Of a DNA stretch of 64,000 nt, positions 52,810-62,172 are shown piece after piece; position 1 is the first letter of the stretch, and each line of letters opens with the position of its first letter. The notes below the pieces were generated by a model that saw nothing but the letters and a program-made list of their open reading frames with translations, ran no database searches and had not been told where the DNA came from. Position numbers and translations under genes: made by a program. The stretch is from Patescibacteria group bacterium (GTDB lineage Bacteria; Patescibacteriota; Minisyncoccia; UBA6257; UBA9933), in contig JBBTRV010000007.1 of NCBI GenBank assembly GCA_038065035.1, positions 2,382-66,381 of the forward strand. Direction: 5' to 3'.

Positions 52810-55371
52810 CTATTTTATTTTAAAGGCAATTTCTTCATTTTCTAATGTTATATCAATAGCATTTCCTTTGGCAATTTCCTGCCTTAATATTTTTTCCGCC
52901 AAAACACTTTTTATTTTTTCGGAAATTACGCCACGCAAAGGCCGGGCACCGAAAACCGGATCATAGCCCAGCGCGGCGATTTTGCAAATAGCGGCATCAT
53001 TGAATACTAAAGAAATACCATGTGTTGCTTCTAATGTTTTTGTCAAGGCGATTAATTGGAGTTTGGCTATTTCTTCAATATCTCTAATTGAAAGATTTTT
53101 AAATACGACTATTTGCGATAAGCGATTAAGAAGCTCCGGTTTGAAATAAACAGTAAGTTTTTTCTTAATAGTTTCGCTGATTTTTGGCATTGATTCTTTA
53201 GCCTCAATCATTTCTTTGATAAGTTCGGAATTGGCGTTGGATGTGGCAATAATTATAGTATTGGAAAAATCAACGATTTTTCCGAAATTATCAGTAAGCC
53301 GACCGTCGTCAAAAACCTGCAAGAATAAATTTAAAATATCAGGGTGGGCTTTTTCAAACTCATCAAGAAGAATTAAGCTATATGGCTTTTGGCTGATGCA
53401 TTCCGTCAGTTGGCCGCTTGTTTGGCCGTCTGGAGAACCGATAAACCGATAAATGCTTTCTCTGGTTTGGTATTCCGACATATCAAAGCGAACCATTGAT
53501 TCCTCGGAACCAAATTGGATTTTTGACAAATTTTTTGAAAGTTCGGTTTTGCCGACGCCGGTCGGACCAACGAAAAGAAACGCCGCAATTGGCCCTTTTC
53601 CCCTTGATAAGCCGCTTCTGTATTCTCGTAAGGCGCGACTGACGGCGGAAACAGCTGTTTCCTGATTAATGAAAGATTCATGGATTATTTTTTCAAGATT
53701 GAGCAAGTTTTTGGTCTCAGCCTCGCTAGCATGCCTCAATGGGATATTTATTTTTCTTTCAGCAACAGAAATAACATCATTAGCTTTTAAAATTTTATTG
53801 CCGCTGTTTTCCACATAAGATAATGTCTCTTTTAAAAGTTCTTCCGCGCTGGACGGCAGGAGTTTATCCCGAAAATGTTTATGGCTGATGGAAACAGCGC
53901 TTTTTATGGCTCCGAAAGTAATTGTTATTCTATATTTTTTTTCCAAGAGCAAGCTGTCAAAAGTGAGAAGTTTGACAGCTTCATCTTCGCTTATTTCTTC
54001 AACGCGGATAATTTCAAAAGCGTCTTTAAAATCGTTTAAAGATTCAATATATTGTTTGAATTCTTTTGGATAAGTGGCGCCGATTATAGGAATTGAATCA
54101 TGGCTGATTATCGGCATTAGAATATCAGCGGCGTTAAATCCATTATTCGGTGAAGTTTTGATTAAATTATGAATATCCGGAATATAGAGAATAATATTGC
54201 CGCTGGATATTATTTCTTCTATTATTCTGTTTAGGCGGCCGGTTATTTCTTCTGGCGGCGCGCCGGCGATTAAATTGCTGATTGATAAAGCAATTAATCT
54301 TTTATCAAAAAGCGCTTTGGGAATTTCATCTTTAATAATTCCAAAAGCCAAAGCGGCAACTATGGTTTCTTTGCCGCTACCGGGCTCGCCGATAAGCAGA
54401 GCATTGGGCTTTATTACCCTTGATAAAGTGTTAACTAAACGGTCGTATTCTTGCTTATGGCCGATTAAAAAGCCAATTTGTTTTTCTCTGGCTAAATCGG
54501 TAAAATCAACGCCGTAGGCGTCAAGAGTAGGCGTTGGCCGTGCTGTCCAGGCGCGATTCATTACGCGGTGTCTTATTCTTTTTGGTTGGTTGATGAAAGA
54601 GCTTAGATTCACCGGTAATCGGCGCCAAAAGCTGAGATAACCGGCATAATGGCTGAAAATCATGGCGTTTGGCAAGTCATCGGGATTAATGTCAAACATT
54701 TTAAGAATCCGTTGGATAAACGGATTATCAACGGTTCGTAAGGCGACAAACAAGCTTTCCGGCGATATAAATTGATTTTGAACGTAAACAGCTTCATCAA
54801 AAGCCAGTTTTGATATTAATCCGGCTTTTTCAAAGCATTCTTCTTTTGCCGCCCTTATTTTTTTATTTTCTTCGGAATTGATAAATTCATCAATTTTATT
54901 TTCTAATTCAGAGACCGGCACATCCATTTTAATCAAAGCTTTTTTTATATCCGATTGGTGGACTAAAAGTTTTAGCAAATACAGGTAAAAATCTCCGCCA
55001 AGAAGCATTGCTTTATCACACGCCCTTTCAAGGAGAGAAAAACTTGACGGCGTAAGGAATTGGGCGGTGTTGATGTTTTCTTGGGAAAAATCTATTTTTC
55101 TTCTTTCTATTCTCGGAAGATAACGCGTAAATCCAAGAATAGAGCGGTCAGCTTCTTTAATATGAATTAACCGGTCGAGTAAAAATAAGCTTAATAATAA
55201 GCCGGCATAAAAAAGCGGTTTTATTTCAGAAGTAATAAAAACAAAAACTAAAGCGCTAAAAATCAGAATCGCATAAAAAGAATTAATAATCAGCCGCGCC
55301 AAAAATCTAGAGAAAGCGTTCATTTTCAGGCGGCTGTCGTAAAAATGAATTTGAGGCAGGGGATTAGTCAT
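52810..55371 (-). CDS. ClpA/ClpB/ClpC-family two-AAA+ ATPase with N-terminal membrane anchor
   Basis: AAA-1 LLIGEPGSGKETIVAALA and AAA-2 FLFVGPTGVGKTELSK ... RFDMSEYQ motifs; two N-terminal hydrophobic helices replace the canonical Clp N-domain. Confidence 0.8.
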   Translation of the reverse strand: MTNPLPQIHFYDSRLKMNAFSRFLARLIINSFYAILIFSALVFVFITSEIKPLFYAGLLLSLFLLDRLIHIKEADRSILGFTRYLPRIERRKIDFSQENINTAQFLTPSSFSLLERACDKAMLLGGDFYLYLLKLLVHQSDIKKALIKMDVPVSELENKIDEFINSEENKKIRAAKEECFEKAGLISKLAFDEAVYVQNQFISPESLFVALRTVDNPFIQRILKMFDINPDDLPNAMIFSHYAGYLSFWRRLPVNLSSFINQPKRIRHRVMNRAWTARPTPTLDAYGVDFTDLAREKQIGFLIGHKQEYDRLVNTLSRVIKPNALLIGEPGSGKETIVAALAFGIIKDEIPKALFDKRLIALSISNLIAGAPPEEITGRLNRIIEEIISSGNIILYIPDIHNLIKTSPNNGFNAADILMPIISHDSIPIIGATYPKEFKQYIESLNDFKDAFEIIRVEEISEDEAVKLLTFDSLLLEKKYRITITFGAIKSAVSISHKHFRDKLLPSSAEELLKETLSYVENSGNKILKANDVISVAERKINIPLRHASEAETKNLLNLEKIIHESFINQETAVSAVSRALREYRSGLSRGKGPIAAFLFVGPTGVGKTELSKNLSKIQFGSEESMVRFDMSEYQTRESIYRFIGSPDGQTSGQLTECISQKPYSLILLDEFEKAHPDILNLFLQVFDDGRLTDNFGKIVDFSNTIIIATSNANSELIKEMIEAKESMPKISETIKKKLTVYFKPELLNRLSQIVVFKNLSIRDIEEIAKLQLIALTKTLEATHGISLVFNDAAICKIAALGYDPVFGARPLRGVISEKIKSVLAEKILRQEIAKGNAIDITLENEEIAFKIK

Positions 55372-55389
55372 AGTGGTAATTAATTATCT

Positions 55390-55527
55390 CGACAGATTTA
55401 TCTTTTAGAACCAGAATAATTTTGCTCCAGCGGAAAAATTTTCTTCGCCTTCGGCGCGCTGAGTCCGACCGTAGTCGGACGCCAAGCTCAGCGCGCCTGC
55501 GGGATGTTCTTCAAGACAAATTTGTCG
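55390..55527. repeat. copy 2 of the ~135-bp structured intergenic element
   Basis: flanks match 24741..24855 (43/45 and 18/19 nt); the middle forms GCGCGCTGAG/CTCAGCGCGC around TCCGAC-CGTA-GTCGGA; the left arm overlaps the -10 region of the Clp ATPase gene. Confidence 0.7.
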
Positions 55528-55561
55528 TTAGTTATATTCTGTAATTTTGATTTCTTGTATA

Positions 55562-55906
55562 TTAGTAAATATTAAATAGTAATTTATAAATTATAAAAAT
55601 CGGAATTCCTAGCCAGATAATATAGATTGTGACGGCGATAATAAAAATAAATAAATAAACAATTGTTCCTATGCATAATCTGACGCTTCTGAAAATAAAT
55701 CCCAAAATATAGCCGATAATGCTGCGGTCTTGGTAAAGCGGCTGAAAAAGATGACGTAGAGTTATTTTAAAGGCCAACACGCGGTCTATTTTTTCCAGTT
55801 GGGAGATAATAAAATGAGAATAGACAAAAAAACTTTTAATGTACCAATGCCGCAGGAATTCTTTAATGCGGAATAATAAGCGATTAAGAAGATAAATTAA
55901 TAACAT
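55562..55906 (-). CDS. hypothetical small membrane protein
   Basis: ORF with 2 TM helices; ATG at 55906, 5 nt after the stop of the dehydrogenase gene. Confidence 0.4.
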   Translation of the reverse strand: MLLIYLLNRLLFRIKEFLRHWYIKSFFVYSHFIISQLEKIDRVLAFKITLRHLFQPLYQDRSIIGYILGFIFRSVRLCIGTIVYLFIFIIAVTIYIIWLGIPIFIIYKLLFNIY

Positions 55907-55911
55907 AGCCA

Positions 55912-56949
55912 CTATACTGGCGATATGGAATATTTTGTTTCGCCTTTTTCGAGGTATGATTTAATATTTTCAATATCAGTGTCTAAAATTCTCTGCAATG
56001 CTTCTTTGGTGTTAAAAGCGTTGTGCGGAGTGATAATAATGTTTGGCATATCAATTAAAACATGGCTTGCTAAAACGGTTTTTAAATTATGTCCTTCGGG
56101 ATTGCCGTGGAGCAAAAAAGTTTTTTCATCTTTAATAATTCCCTCTTCTTCCAAAACATCGGTTCCATAGCCGCCGATTTGCCCTTCATTAAGCGCCTTA
56201 ATAAGAGCTTCGGTTTCCACTAACGGTCCGCGGGCGGTATTGATTAACACCGCGCCTTTTTTCATTTTAGCGATATTTTTGCTATTGATAAGATAATGGT
56301 TTGATTCGCTGTAAGGGATATGAAGAGTGATGACGTCGGAATTTGCCAATAATTCTTCAAATGGAACGTATTTAAAGCCGATTTCTTTTTCAAGTTCTTT
56401 GTTGGGATAAACATCAGAGGCGATTACATTCATTCCAAAACCTTTAGCGATTTTTATTGAATATCTGCCGATTCTGCCGGTGCCGACAATGCCGATGGTT
56501 TTTCCGTTCAAGTCAAACCCTTGGAGGCCGTCAAAAGAAAAATCAGCCCGTTCGCGGATTTTGTCAAAGGCCTCGTAAATTTTCCTTGAAAGATTAAGCA
56601 ATAAGCCGAAGGCGAATTCCGCCACCGTATTATCGCCATAGCCGGGCACATAACCGGTTTTGATGTTTTTTTCTTTGGCGATTTTTAGATCAATATGGTC
56701 AAAGCCGGTGGAGCGAGTGGTGATAAGCTTAAGATTTGGGAAACTATCTATAACTTCTTTTTTTACTTCTGAGCCGACGAAAACGGAAATTGCATCAAAG
56801 TCCGTTAGTCCTGAGTTTTGCCGAAGGATTTCTGGCAGATTGTCTTTATTTAACTTTTCTTTACTGAAAAAAAAGTCAGCGTTTGATAGCCGATTTTTAA
56901 CATAATCAACTTCCCAGTCTTCAATCTCAAAAAAAGCGATTTTTACCAT
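55912..56949 (-). CDS. D-isomer-specific 2-hydroxyacid dehydrogenase (D-lactate dehydrogenase-like)
   Basis: NAD-binding GIVGTGRIGR, catalytic R/E/H region (ARGPLV ... HNAF). Confidence 0.85.
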   Translation of the reverse strand: MVKIAFFEIEDWEVDYVKNRLSNADFFFSKEKLNKDNLPEILRQNSGLTDFDAISVFVGSEVKKEVIDSFPNLKLITTRSTGFDHIDLKIAKEKNIKTGYVPGYGDNTVAEFAFGLLLNLSRKIYEAFDKIRERADFSFDGLQGFDLNGKTIGIVGTGRIGRYSIKIAKGFGMNVIASDVYPNKELEKEIGFKYVPFEELLANSDVITLHIPYSESNHYLINSKNIAKMKKGAVLINTARGPLVETEALIKALNEGQIGGYGTDVLEEEGIIKDEKTFLLHGNPEGHNLKTVLASHVLIDMPNIIITPHNAFNTKEALQRILDTDIENIKSYLEKGETKYSISPV

Positions 56950-57022
56950 GTTTTTATTATAACTAATTTTTTATAAAAATAACAAGTCTTGTTTTAAAAT
57001 TTTTAAAATTTATAATAATCGT

Positions 57023-60000
57023 ATGAAGTTTGTGCATCTCCATACTCATTCCCATTATTCTCTTCTTGACGGCCTGGCAAAAATACCAGACCTTATTGCC
57101 CGTGTCAAAGAATTAGGCATGGACGCGGTTGCTATAACCGACCATGGCAATCTTTACGGCGCGGTTGAATTTTATAAAGAAGCGATTAAACAGGGCATAA
57201 AACCAATTTTGGGAGTAGAAATTTATGTAGCGCCGAAAAGCCGCTTTGACAGAGACGGCAAAAAAGACGACGACCGGTATTTTCACCTGACGCTTTTGGC
57301 GGAAAACGATATTGGCTGGAAAAATTTAATTCAATTGGTTACCAAAGCTAATCTGGAAGGATTTTATTACAAGCCAAGAGTTGATAAAGAATTATTAAAA
57401 GAATTCCATGAGGGTATTATTGCTTTAAGCGGCTGTCCGGGCGGGGAAATTTCGCAAGCGATTATCAATGATGATTTTGAAAAAGCCGAAAGTCTAGCGA
57501 GAGAATATTCTGATATTTTCAGCAAGGATAATTTTTTTCTGGAAATCGGCCATCATCCGAATATTCCGGATATCGCCAAATCGTCTCTAGGCATAAGAAA
57601 ACTCTATGAAAAAACAAAAATTCCCTTGGTTGCCACTCAGGACATTCATTACTTAAAAGCTGAAGATGCTCAATACCATGATATTTTGCTGGCGGTGCAA
57701 ACCGGCAATAAATTATCCGATGACGACAGGCTTACTTTAAAAGCCGATGATTTTTCAATGCGTTCGCCTGAACAAATGGCTGAGGTTTTTAAAGATTTGC
57801 CTGAAGCGATTGAAAACACCGCGAAAATTGCTGAAAGATGCAATGTTAAATTAATTCTTAATCAAATACTTCTGCCATCTTTTCCCTTAGAAGAAGGAAC
57901 AATGGCAAATCAATATCTGGAAAAATTATTGAAAGAAAAACTTCCGCAAAGATTTTCTAGTCCTGACCAAAAAGTAATCGAGCGTTTAGAATACGAATTA
58001 AAAGTTATAGAAAAAACAAAATTTGCCGATTATTTTTTGATTGTGCAGGATTTCGTCAATTGGGCAAAAGAGCATGGCATTGTTGTCGGGCCGGGCCGGG
58101 GTTCGGCGGCAGGCAGTTTAGTGTCTTATGTTTTAGGAATTACCGATATCGACCCTTTGAAATATGATTTGCTTTTTGAAAGATTTTTGAATCCCGAACG
58201 CATTGCTATGCCTGATATTGACATTGATTTTGCCGACAATCGGCGCGACGAAGTTTTCGCTTACGTCCGTCAGAAATATGGAGAAGACCGCGTTGCCCAG
58301 ATAATCACTTTTGGAACAATGGCGGCGCGAGCTTCAATCAGAGACGCCACTCGGGCAATGGGGCTTCCCTATGCTTTAGGCGACCAAATTGCCAAGCTAA
58401 TTCCATTTGGATTGGAAATAGAAGAAGCGTTGAAAAATGTTAAAGAATTAAGCGATTTATATGAAAGCAATCAGGATGCGCGAAAAGTTTTGGATGCTGC
58501 CAAGCATTTGGAAGGCGTGGCAAGGCACGCATCAGTGCATGCTTGCGGCGTGGTAATTAGCCGCGACCCGCTTACTAATTGGGTGCCTTTGCAATACGCG
58601 CCGCAAAATCAAAATATTATTATAACTCAGTTCGAAATGTATAAAATTGAGGATATTGGCTTGTTAAAAATGGACTTTTTGGGACTTAAAAATTTGACGA
58701 TAATTGAAGAAACAATTCGCCAGATAAAAGAAATGAAGGGCGAAAGTATTGATATTTCCAAAATTCCGCTTGATGATAAAAAAACTTTTGAATTATTCCA
58801 GAAAGGCGAAACAGTTTCTGTTTTCCAATTTGAATCTGAAGGTATGCGCCATTATTTGAAGGAGTTAAAGCCGACTGAATTTGAAGATATTATTGCCATG
58901 GTTTCGCTTTACCGGCCCGGACCAATGGAACTTATTCCATCTTATATTAAAAGAAAACATGGTCAGGAGCCAATTGTTTATTTGCATCCAAGACTTGAAC
59001 CGATTTTAAAAAATACTTATGCTATCGGCGTTTATCAGGAGCAAATGATGAGAATTGCCAGGGATTTGGCCGGCTTTACATTGCCTGAAGCGGATATTTT
59101 GCGTAAGGCCATTGGCAAGAAAATTAAAGAATTATTGGACGCTCAGCAAGAAAAATTGATAAATGGAATGATTAAAAACAACATTGATGAAAAAATAGCC
59201 CGAAAAATTTGGGAATTATTTCCGCCATTCGCCAAATATGGGTTTAACAGGTCGCATGCCGCTTGCTACGCTTTAATCGCTTATCAGACGGCTTATTTGA
59301 AAGTTTATTATCCAATTGAGTTTATGACAAGTTTGTTTAACGCTGACAGCGGCGACATTGAAAGAATCGCTTTTTTAATAAGCGAAGCGAAAAAAGCCGG
59401 CATTATTGTTTTGCCGCCGGACATCAATAAAAGTAATGTTAAATTCGCGCCGGAAGATAATGGCATTAGATTCGGGCTTTTAACGGTTAAAAATGTCGGC
59501 TTAAATATTGTCGAAGCGATTATTGAAGAAAGATTAAGAGGTGGAGAATTTCAAAATTTCGCCGATTTTCTAAAACGGGTACTTCATAAAGATTTGAATA
59601 AGAAATCTTTGGAAAGTTTGATTAAGGCCGGCGCGTTTGATTCAATGAAAGAAGAGCGGGGCATGCTTTTGGCGAATATTGATAATATTTTGGCTTACAG
59701 CCAAAGCGTGAAAAAATTTTCGCTTTCATCGCAAAACAGCCTTTTCGGCGGAAATATTACTAATGGATTTTTGAAATTAGAACCGGCGCCAGCCGCGACC
59801 AACAAAGAAAAACTGGCTTGGGAAAAAGAGTTGGTCGGGCTTTATATCTCCGAACATCCTTTAAAGCAGCACATGCAGAGATTATTGACCAGTAAAGTAA
59901 GGGCGATAAACGATATTAAGAAAAATAAAAATACCAGCGACATTTTCCGAATTGCTGGCGTGATTGCTAAAATTCAGAAAATTATCACTAAAAACGGCCA

Positions 60001-60181
60001 ATCAATGATTTTCGCCAAAATTGAAGATTTAGGAGACGGAATGGAAGTTTTGGTATTCAGCGACGTTATGAATAAAAATTTGCCATTGTGGAAAGAAAAT
60101 AATGTTGTGATTATTGAAGGCAAGCTTTCTTGGCGAGATGATGAGCCGAAATTGATAGCGCAAAGCGCGGTAGAACTATAA
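57023..60181 (+). CDS. dnaE: DNA polymerase III alpha subunit
   Basis: PHP domain FVHLHTHSHYSLLDG, polymerase core, C-terminal OB fold. Confidence 0.95.
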   Translation: MKFVHLHTHSHYSLLDGLAKIPDLIARVKELGMDAVAITDHGNLYGAVEFYKEAIKQGIKPILGVEIYVAPKSRFDRDGKKDDDRYFHLTLLAENDIGWKNLIQLVTKANLEGFYYKPRVDKELLKEFHEGIIALSGCPGGEISQAIINDDFEKAESLAREYSDIFSKDNFFLEIGHHPNIPDIAKSSLGIRKLYEKTKIPLVATQDIHYLKAEDAQYHDILLAVQTGNKLSDDDRLTLKADDFSMRSPEQMAEVFKDLPEAIENTAKIAERCNVKLILNQILLPSFPLEEGTMANQYLEKLLKEKLPQRFSSPDQKVIERLEYELKVIEKTKFADYFLIVQDFVNWAKEHGIVVGPGRGSAAGSLVSYVLGITDIDPLKYDLLFERFLNPERIAMPDIDIDFADNRRDEVFAYVRQKYGEDRVAQIITFGTMAARASIRDATRAMGLPYALGDQIAKLIPFGLEIEEALKNVKELSDLYESNQDARKVLDAAKHLEGVARHASVHACGVVISRDPLTNWVPLQYAPQNQNIIITQFEMYKIEDIGLLKMDFLGLKNLTIIEETIRQIKEMKGESIDISKIPLDDKKTFELFQKGETVSVFQFESEGMRHYLKELKPTEFEDIIAMVSLYRPGPMELIPSYIKRKHGQEPIVYLHPRLEPILKNTYAIGVYQEQMMRIARDLAGFTLPEADILRKAIGKKIKELLDAQQEKLINGMIKNNIDEKIARKIWELFPPFAKYGFNRSHAACYALIAYQTAYLKVYYPIEFMTSLFNADSGDIERIAFLISEAKKAGIIVLPPDINKSNVKFAPEDNGIRFGLLTVKNVGLNIVEAIIEERLRGGEFQNFADFLKRVLHKDLNKKSLESLIKAGAFDSMKEERGMLLANIDNILAYSQSVKKFSLSSQNSLFGGNITNGFLKLEPAPAATNKEKLAWEKELVGLYISEHPLKQHMQRLLTSKVRAINDIKKNKNTSDIFRIAGVIAKIQKIITKNGQSMIFAKIEDLGDGMEVLVFSDVMNKNLPLWKENNVVIIEGKLSWRDDEPKLIAQSAVEL

Positions 60182-60190
60182 ATAAAATAA

Positions 60191-60225
60191 GGCCAGTGAT
60201 GCGTAAACGCGTTCACTGGCCTTTG
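60191..60225 (+). terminator. terminator hairpin GGCCAGTGA ... TCACTGGCC with short T-run
   Basis: 9-bp stem immediately after the dnaE stop. Confidence 0.5.
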
Positions 60226-60407
60226 ATCACAAATAGTCATCCAATATATTTATTTTTTTTATTGGTGCCGGACTTATGGCAAATTGAATACTAACTATGT
60301 TGTTGCTTCATTGAAGCGTATCCATTTTGCGATAAGCCTTTTGGCTTTAATCACCTTCTTTCTATTCCAGTTCAGGGATTTTTTCGTCTTCTGCCTGGGA
60401 AGTTTCG

Positions 60408-60461
60408 TTAAATAAATTGTACTCCGATGGTTAGTGCTACTGCAGGTGCTCGTATCATCAT
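60408..60461 (-). CDS. putative 17-aa hydrophobic peptide (MMIRAPAVALTIGVQFI)
   Basis: GGAGGTGATA SD directly before tandem ATGs; very short, so it may be a leader peptide or spurious. Confidence 0.25.
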   Translation of the reverse strand: MMIRAPAVALTIGVQFI

Positions 60462-60479
60462 TATCACCTCCTTTTATTA

Positions 60480-60780
60480 AGTTGTGAAAGAGCAATTTAC
60501 CTCAAAAGTTTAAAATCCGGTGAAAACTTTTGAGGGTGACGCCTTGCCAGTAATTTTTATTGGGCAATATGGCGTCTATTAAATTAATTAAATATAATTA
60601 ATTTATTTTTCCATCTGTCGGCGTATTCGCCTGGCTTTCATAGGGCGCTAGCTTACCCTACGGATGGACAGGTAACCGGATTGTCCCTAACCTGTAGGTT
60701 TAGATAGTCGGTTTCTAGAAAACCTCTATCATCCCTAAATTTCCTATAATTATATAATTATACTCATATACAAAATCTTG
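60480..60780. ncRNA. candidate structured non-coding region (class unknown)
   Basis: 12-bp perfect hairpin CCTCAAAAGTTT/AAACTTTTGAGG; nested GACGCC/GGCGTC; a CCTAC..GGACA..TGTCC..ACCTGTAGG block with mutually exclusive helices; GC-rich versus surroundings; no convincing ORF. Confidence 0.35.
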
Positions 60781-60918
60781 TCAAGGGGTGGAGGCAGTAT
60801 TATTTTCCGTAATCTTTTTCTGTTCTACTGGTTTTTTAGCCGGTAGAAAATATTTCTTTCTTTTCTTTTTTCGGGAGTATTCATTTTTACGCCCGACAAA
60901 AATTACATTTGCCATCAT
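60781..60918 (-). CDS. small highly basic protein (45 aa, MMANVIFVGRKNEYSRKKKRKKYF...)
   Basis: AAAAGGAGGTGAG SD; start 1 nt after the stop of the upstream small gene (coupled). Confidence 0.4.
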   Translation of the reverse strand: MMANVIFVGRKNEYSRKKKRKKYFLPAKKPVEQKKITENNTASTP

Positions 60919-60919
60919 C

Positions 60920-61039
60920 TCACCTCCTTTTCTTATTCTTAATTTTTAAAAGAATTAGCCACGTGATAACCGCGCCAAAAATAGATGATCCGAGAATAAG
61001 AGTAAATAATATTATTGTTTGTGATGTTTCTGTTGACAT
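60920..61039 (-). CDS. small single-TM peptide (39 aa, MSTETSQTIILFTLILGSSIFGAVITWLILLKIKNKKRR)
   Basis: AAGGAGGAAATAATC SD before ATG; stop TGA lies inside the SD of the next small gene. Confidence 0.4.
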   Translation of the reverse strand: MSTETSQTIILFTLILGSSIFGAVITWLILLKIKNKKRR

Positions 61040-61104
61040 GATTATTTCCTCCTTATTTTATTTTGATTTAATGCTTAAAACAAGTTAACATATTTTTATT
61101 AGTT

Positions 61105-62079
61105 ATGTCAAATCAATTTTCAAAATCCAAAATCATCGTTATTTTAGGGCAAACAGCGAGTGGCAAATCCGAATTGGCGGTAAAAATCGCCAAAAAATTC
61201 AATGGCGAAATTATTTCTGCCGATTCAAGGCAGGTTTATAAAGGCCTTAATCTTGGTTCCGGCAAAATTACCAAAAAAGAAATGCAAGGCATTAAACATC
61301 ATCTTTTAGATGTGGTAAGTCCGAAAAGAGTTTTTACCGTGGCGCGATATCAAAAATTAGCTAAAAAAGCCATAAAAAAAATTTTGAAAAAAGGTAAAAT
61401 GCCGATTATTTGCGGCGGCACCGGGCTTTACATTGACGCTTTGATTTATGATTGGCAATTGCCTGAAATTCCGCCCCAGCCGAAATTAAGGAAAGAATTG
61501 GAAAAAAGGACAACAAAAGAATTATTTAAAAAATTGAAAAAACTTGATTCTCGCCGGGCGAAAAATATTGATAAAAATAATAGAAGGCGGTTGATTCGGG
61601 CCTTGGAAATTGTTTTAATAACCGGCAAGCCAGTATCGTCTTTTCAAAAAATATCTTCTTATGATGTTTTGCTGATTGGCATCAAAAAATCTCCGGAAGA
61701 ATTAAAGAAGCTGATTAAAAAAAGATTATTAAAACGGTTAAAGCGTGGAATGATTAAAGAAGTAAAAAATCTTCACGAAAAACAAAAATTGAGCTGGCAG
61801 CGGCTGGATGATTTTGGCTTGGAATACCGGTATGTTTCTCGCTTCCTTCGTCAGCGAGCGCAGATTAGCGCAGACAGAACGCAAAAAAACGTAGAAAAAA
61901 AACAAGCTGTCCAAAAATTAATAAATGAAATGATAGAGACGATTGAAAAAGAATCTTGGCAATATGCTAAACGCCAGATAACATGGTTTAAAAGGAATAA
62001 AAATATTTATTGGATTTCTGAAACGGATGAAGCGATTAAATCAGTAGAAATTTTTTTAAGCCAATCTATAAAACTATAA
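61105..62079 (+). CDS. miaA: tRNA dimethylallyltransferase
   Basis: P-loop GQTASGKS, SADSRQVYKGLNLGS, GGTGLYIDAL motifs. Confidence 0.9.
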   Translation: MSNQFSKSKIIVILGQTASGKSELAVKIAKKFNGEIISADSRQVYKGLNLGSGKITKKEMQGIKHHLLDVVSPKRVFTVARYQKLAKKAIKKILKKGKMPIICGGTGLYIDALIYDWQLPEIPPQPKLRKELEKRTTKELFKKLKKLDSRRAKNIDKNNRRRLIRALEIVLITGKPVSSFQKISSYDVLLIGIKKSPEELKKLIKKRLLKRLKRGMIKEVKNLHEKQKLSWQRLDDFGLEYRYVSRFLRQRAQISADRTQKNVEKKQAVQKLINEMIETIEKESWQYAKRQITWFKRNKNIYWISETDEAIKSVEIFLSQSIKL

Positions 62080-62172
62080 AAGGTTGATTTATTTCTTATT
62101 TTATTATAGTCTTGCAGTTGATTCAGAGAGGCATGTAGAAGAACTTTAATTTATAAATAAGGAGGATTGGAA

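Noticed and set aside
60295-60495. 66-aa minus-strand ORF (TTG start) from the ORF track
   Set aside because: It starts upstream of, and reads through, a strong SD that serves a different frame. Its translation is low-complexity (GGDNDDTSTCSST...). The 17-aa SD-led frame is a more plausible translated element, and even that is uncertain.
60600-60720. Possible TPP riboswitch or RNase P / SRP / tmRNA in the structured region
   Set aside because: On the minus strand ACCTGTCCATCCGTAGGGTAAGC superficially recalls the TPP-riboswitch ACCTGA...CGTAGGGAA segment, but the CTGAGA motif and the P2/P3 architecture are absent. No GGAAAGTCCGG (RNase P P4), no GGAAGGAAGCAGC-type SRP domain IV and no tRNA-like T-arm were found. 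It is left as unclassified.
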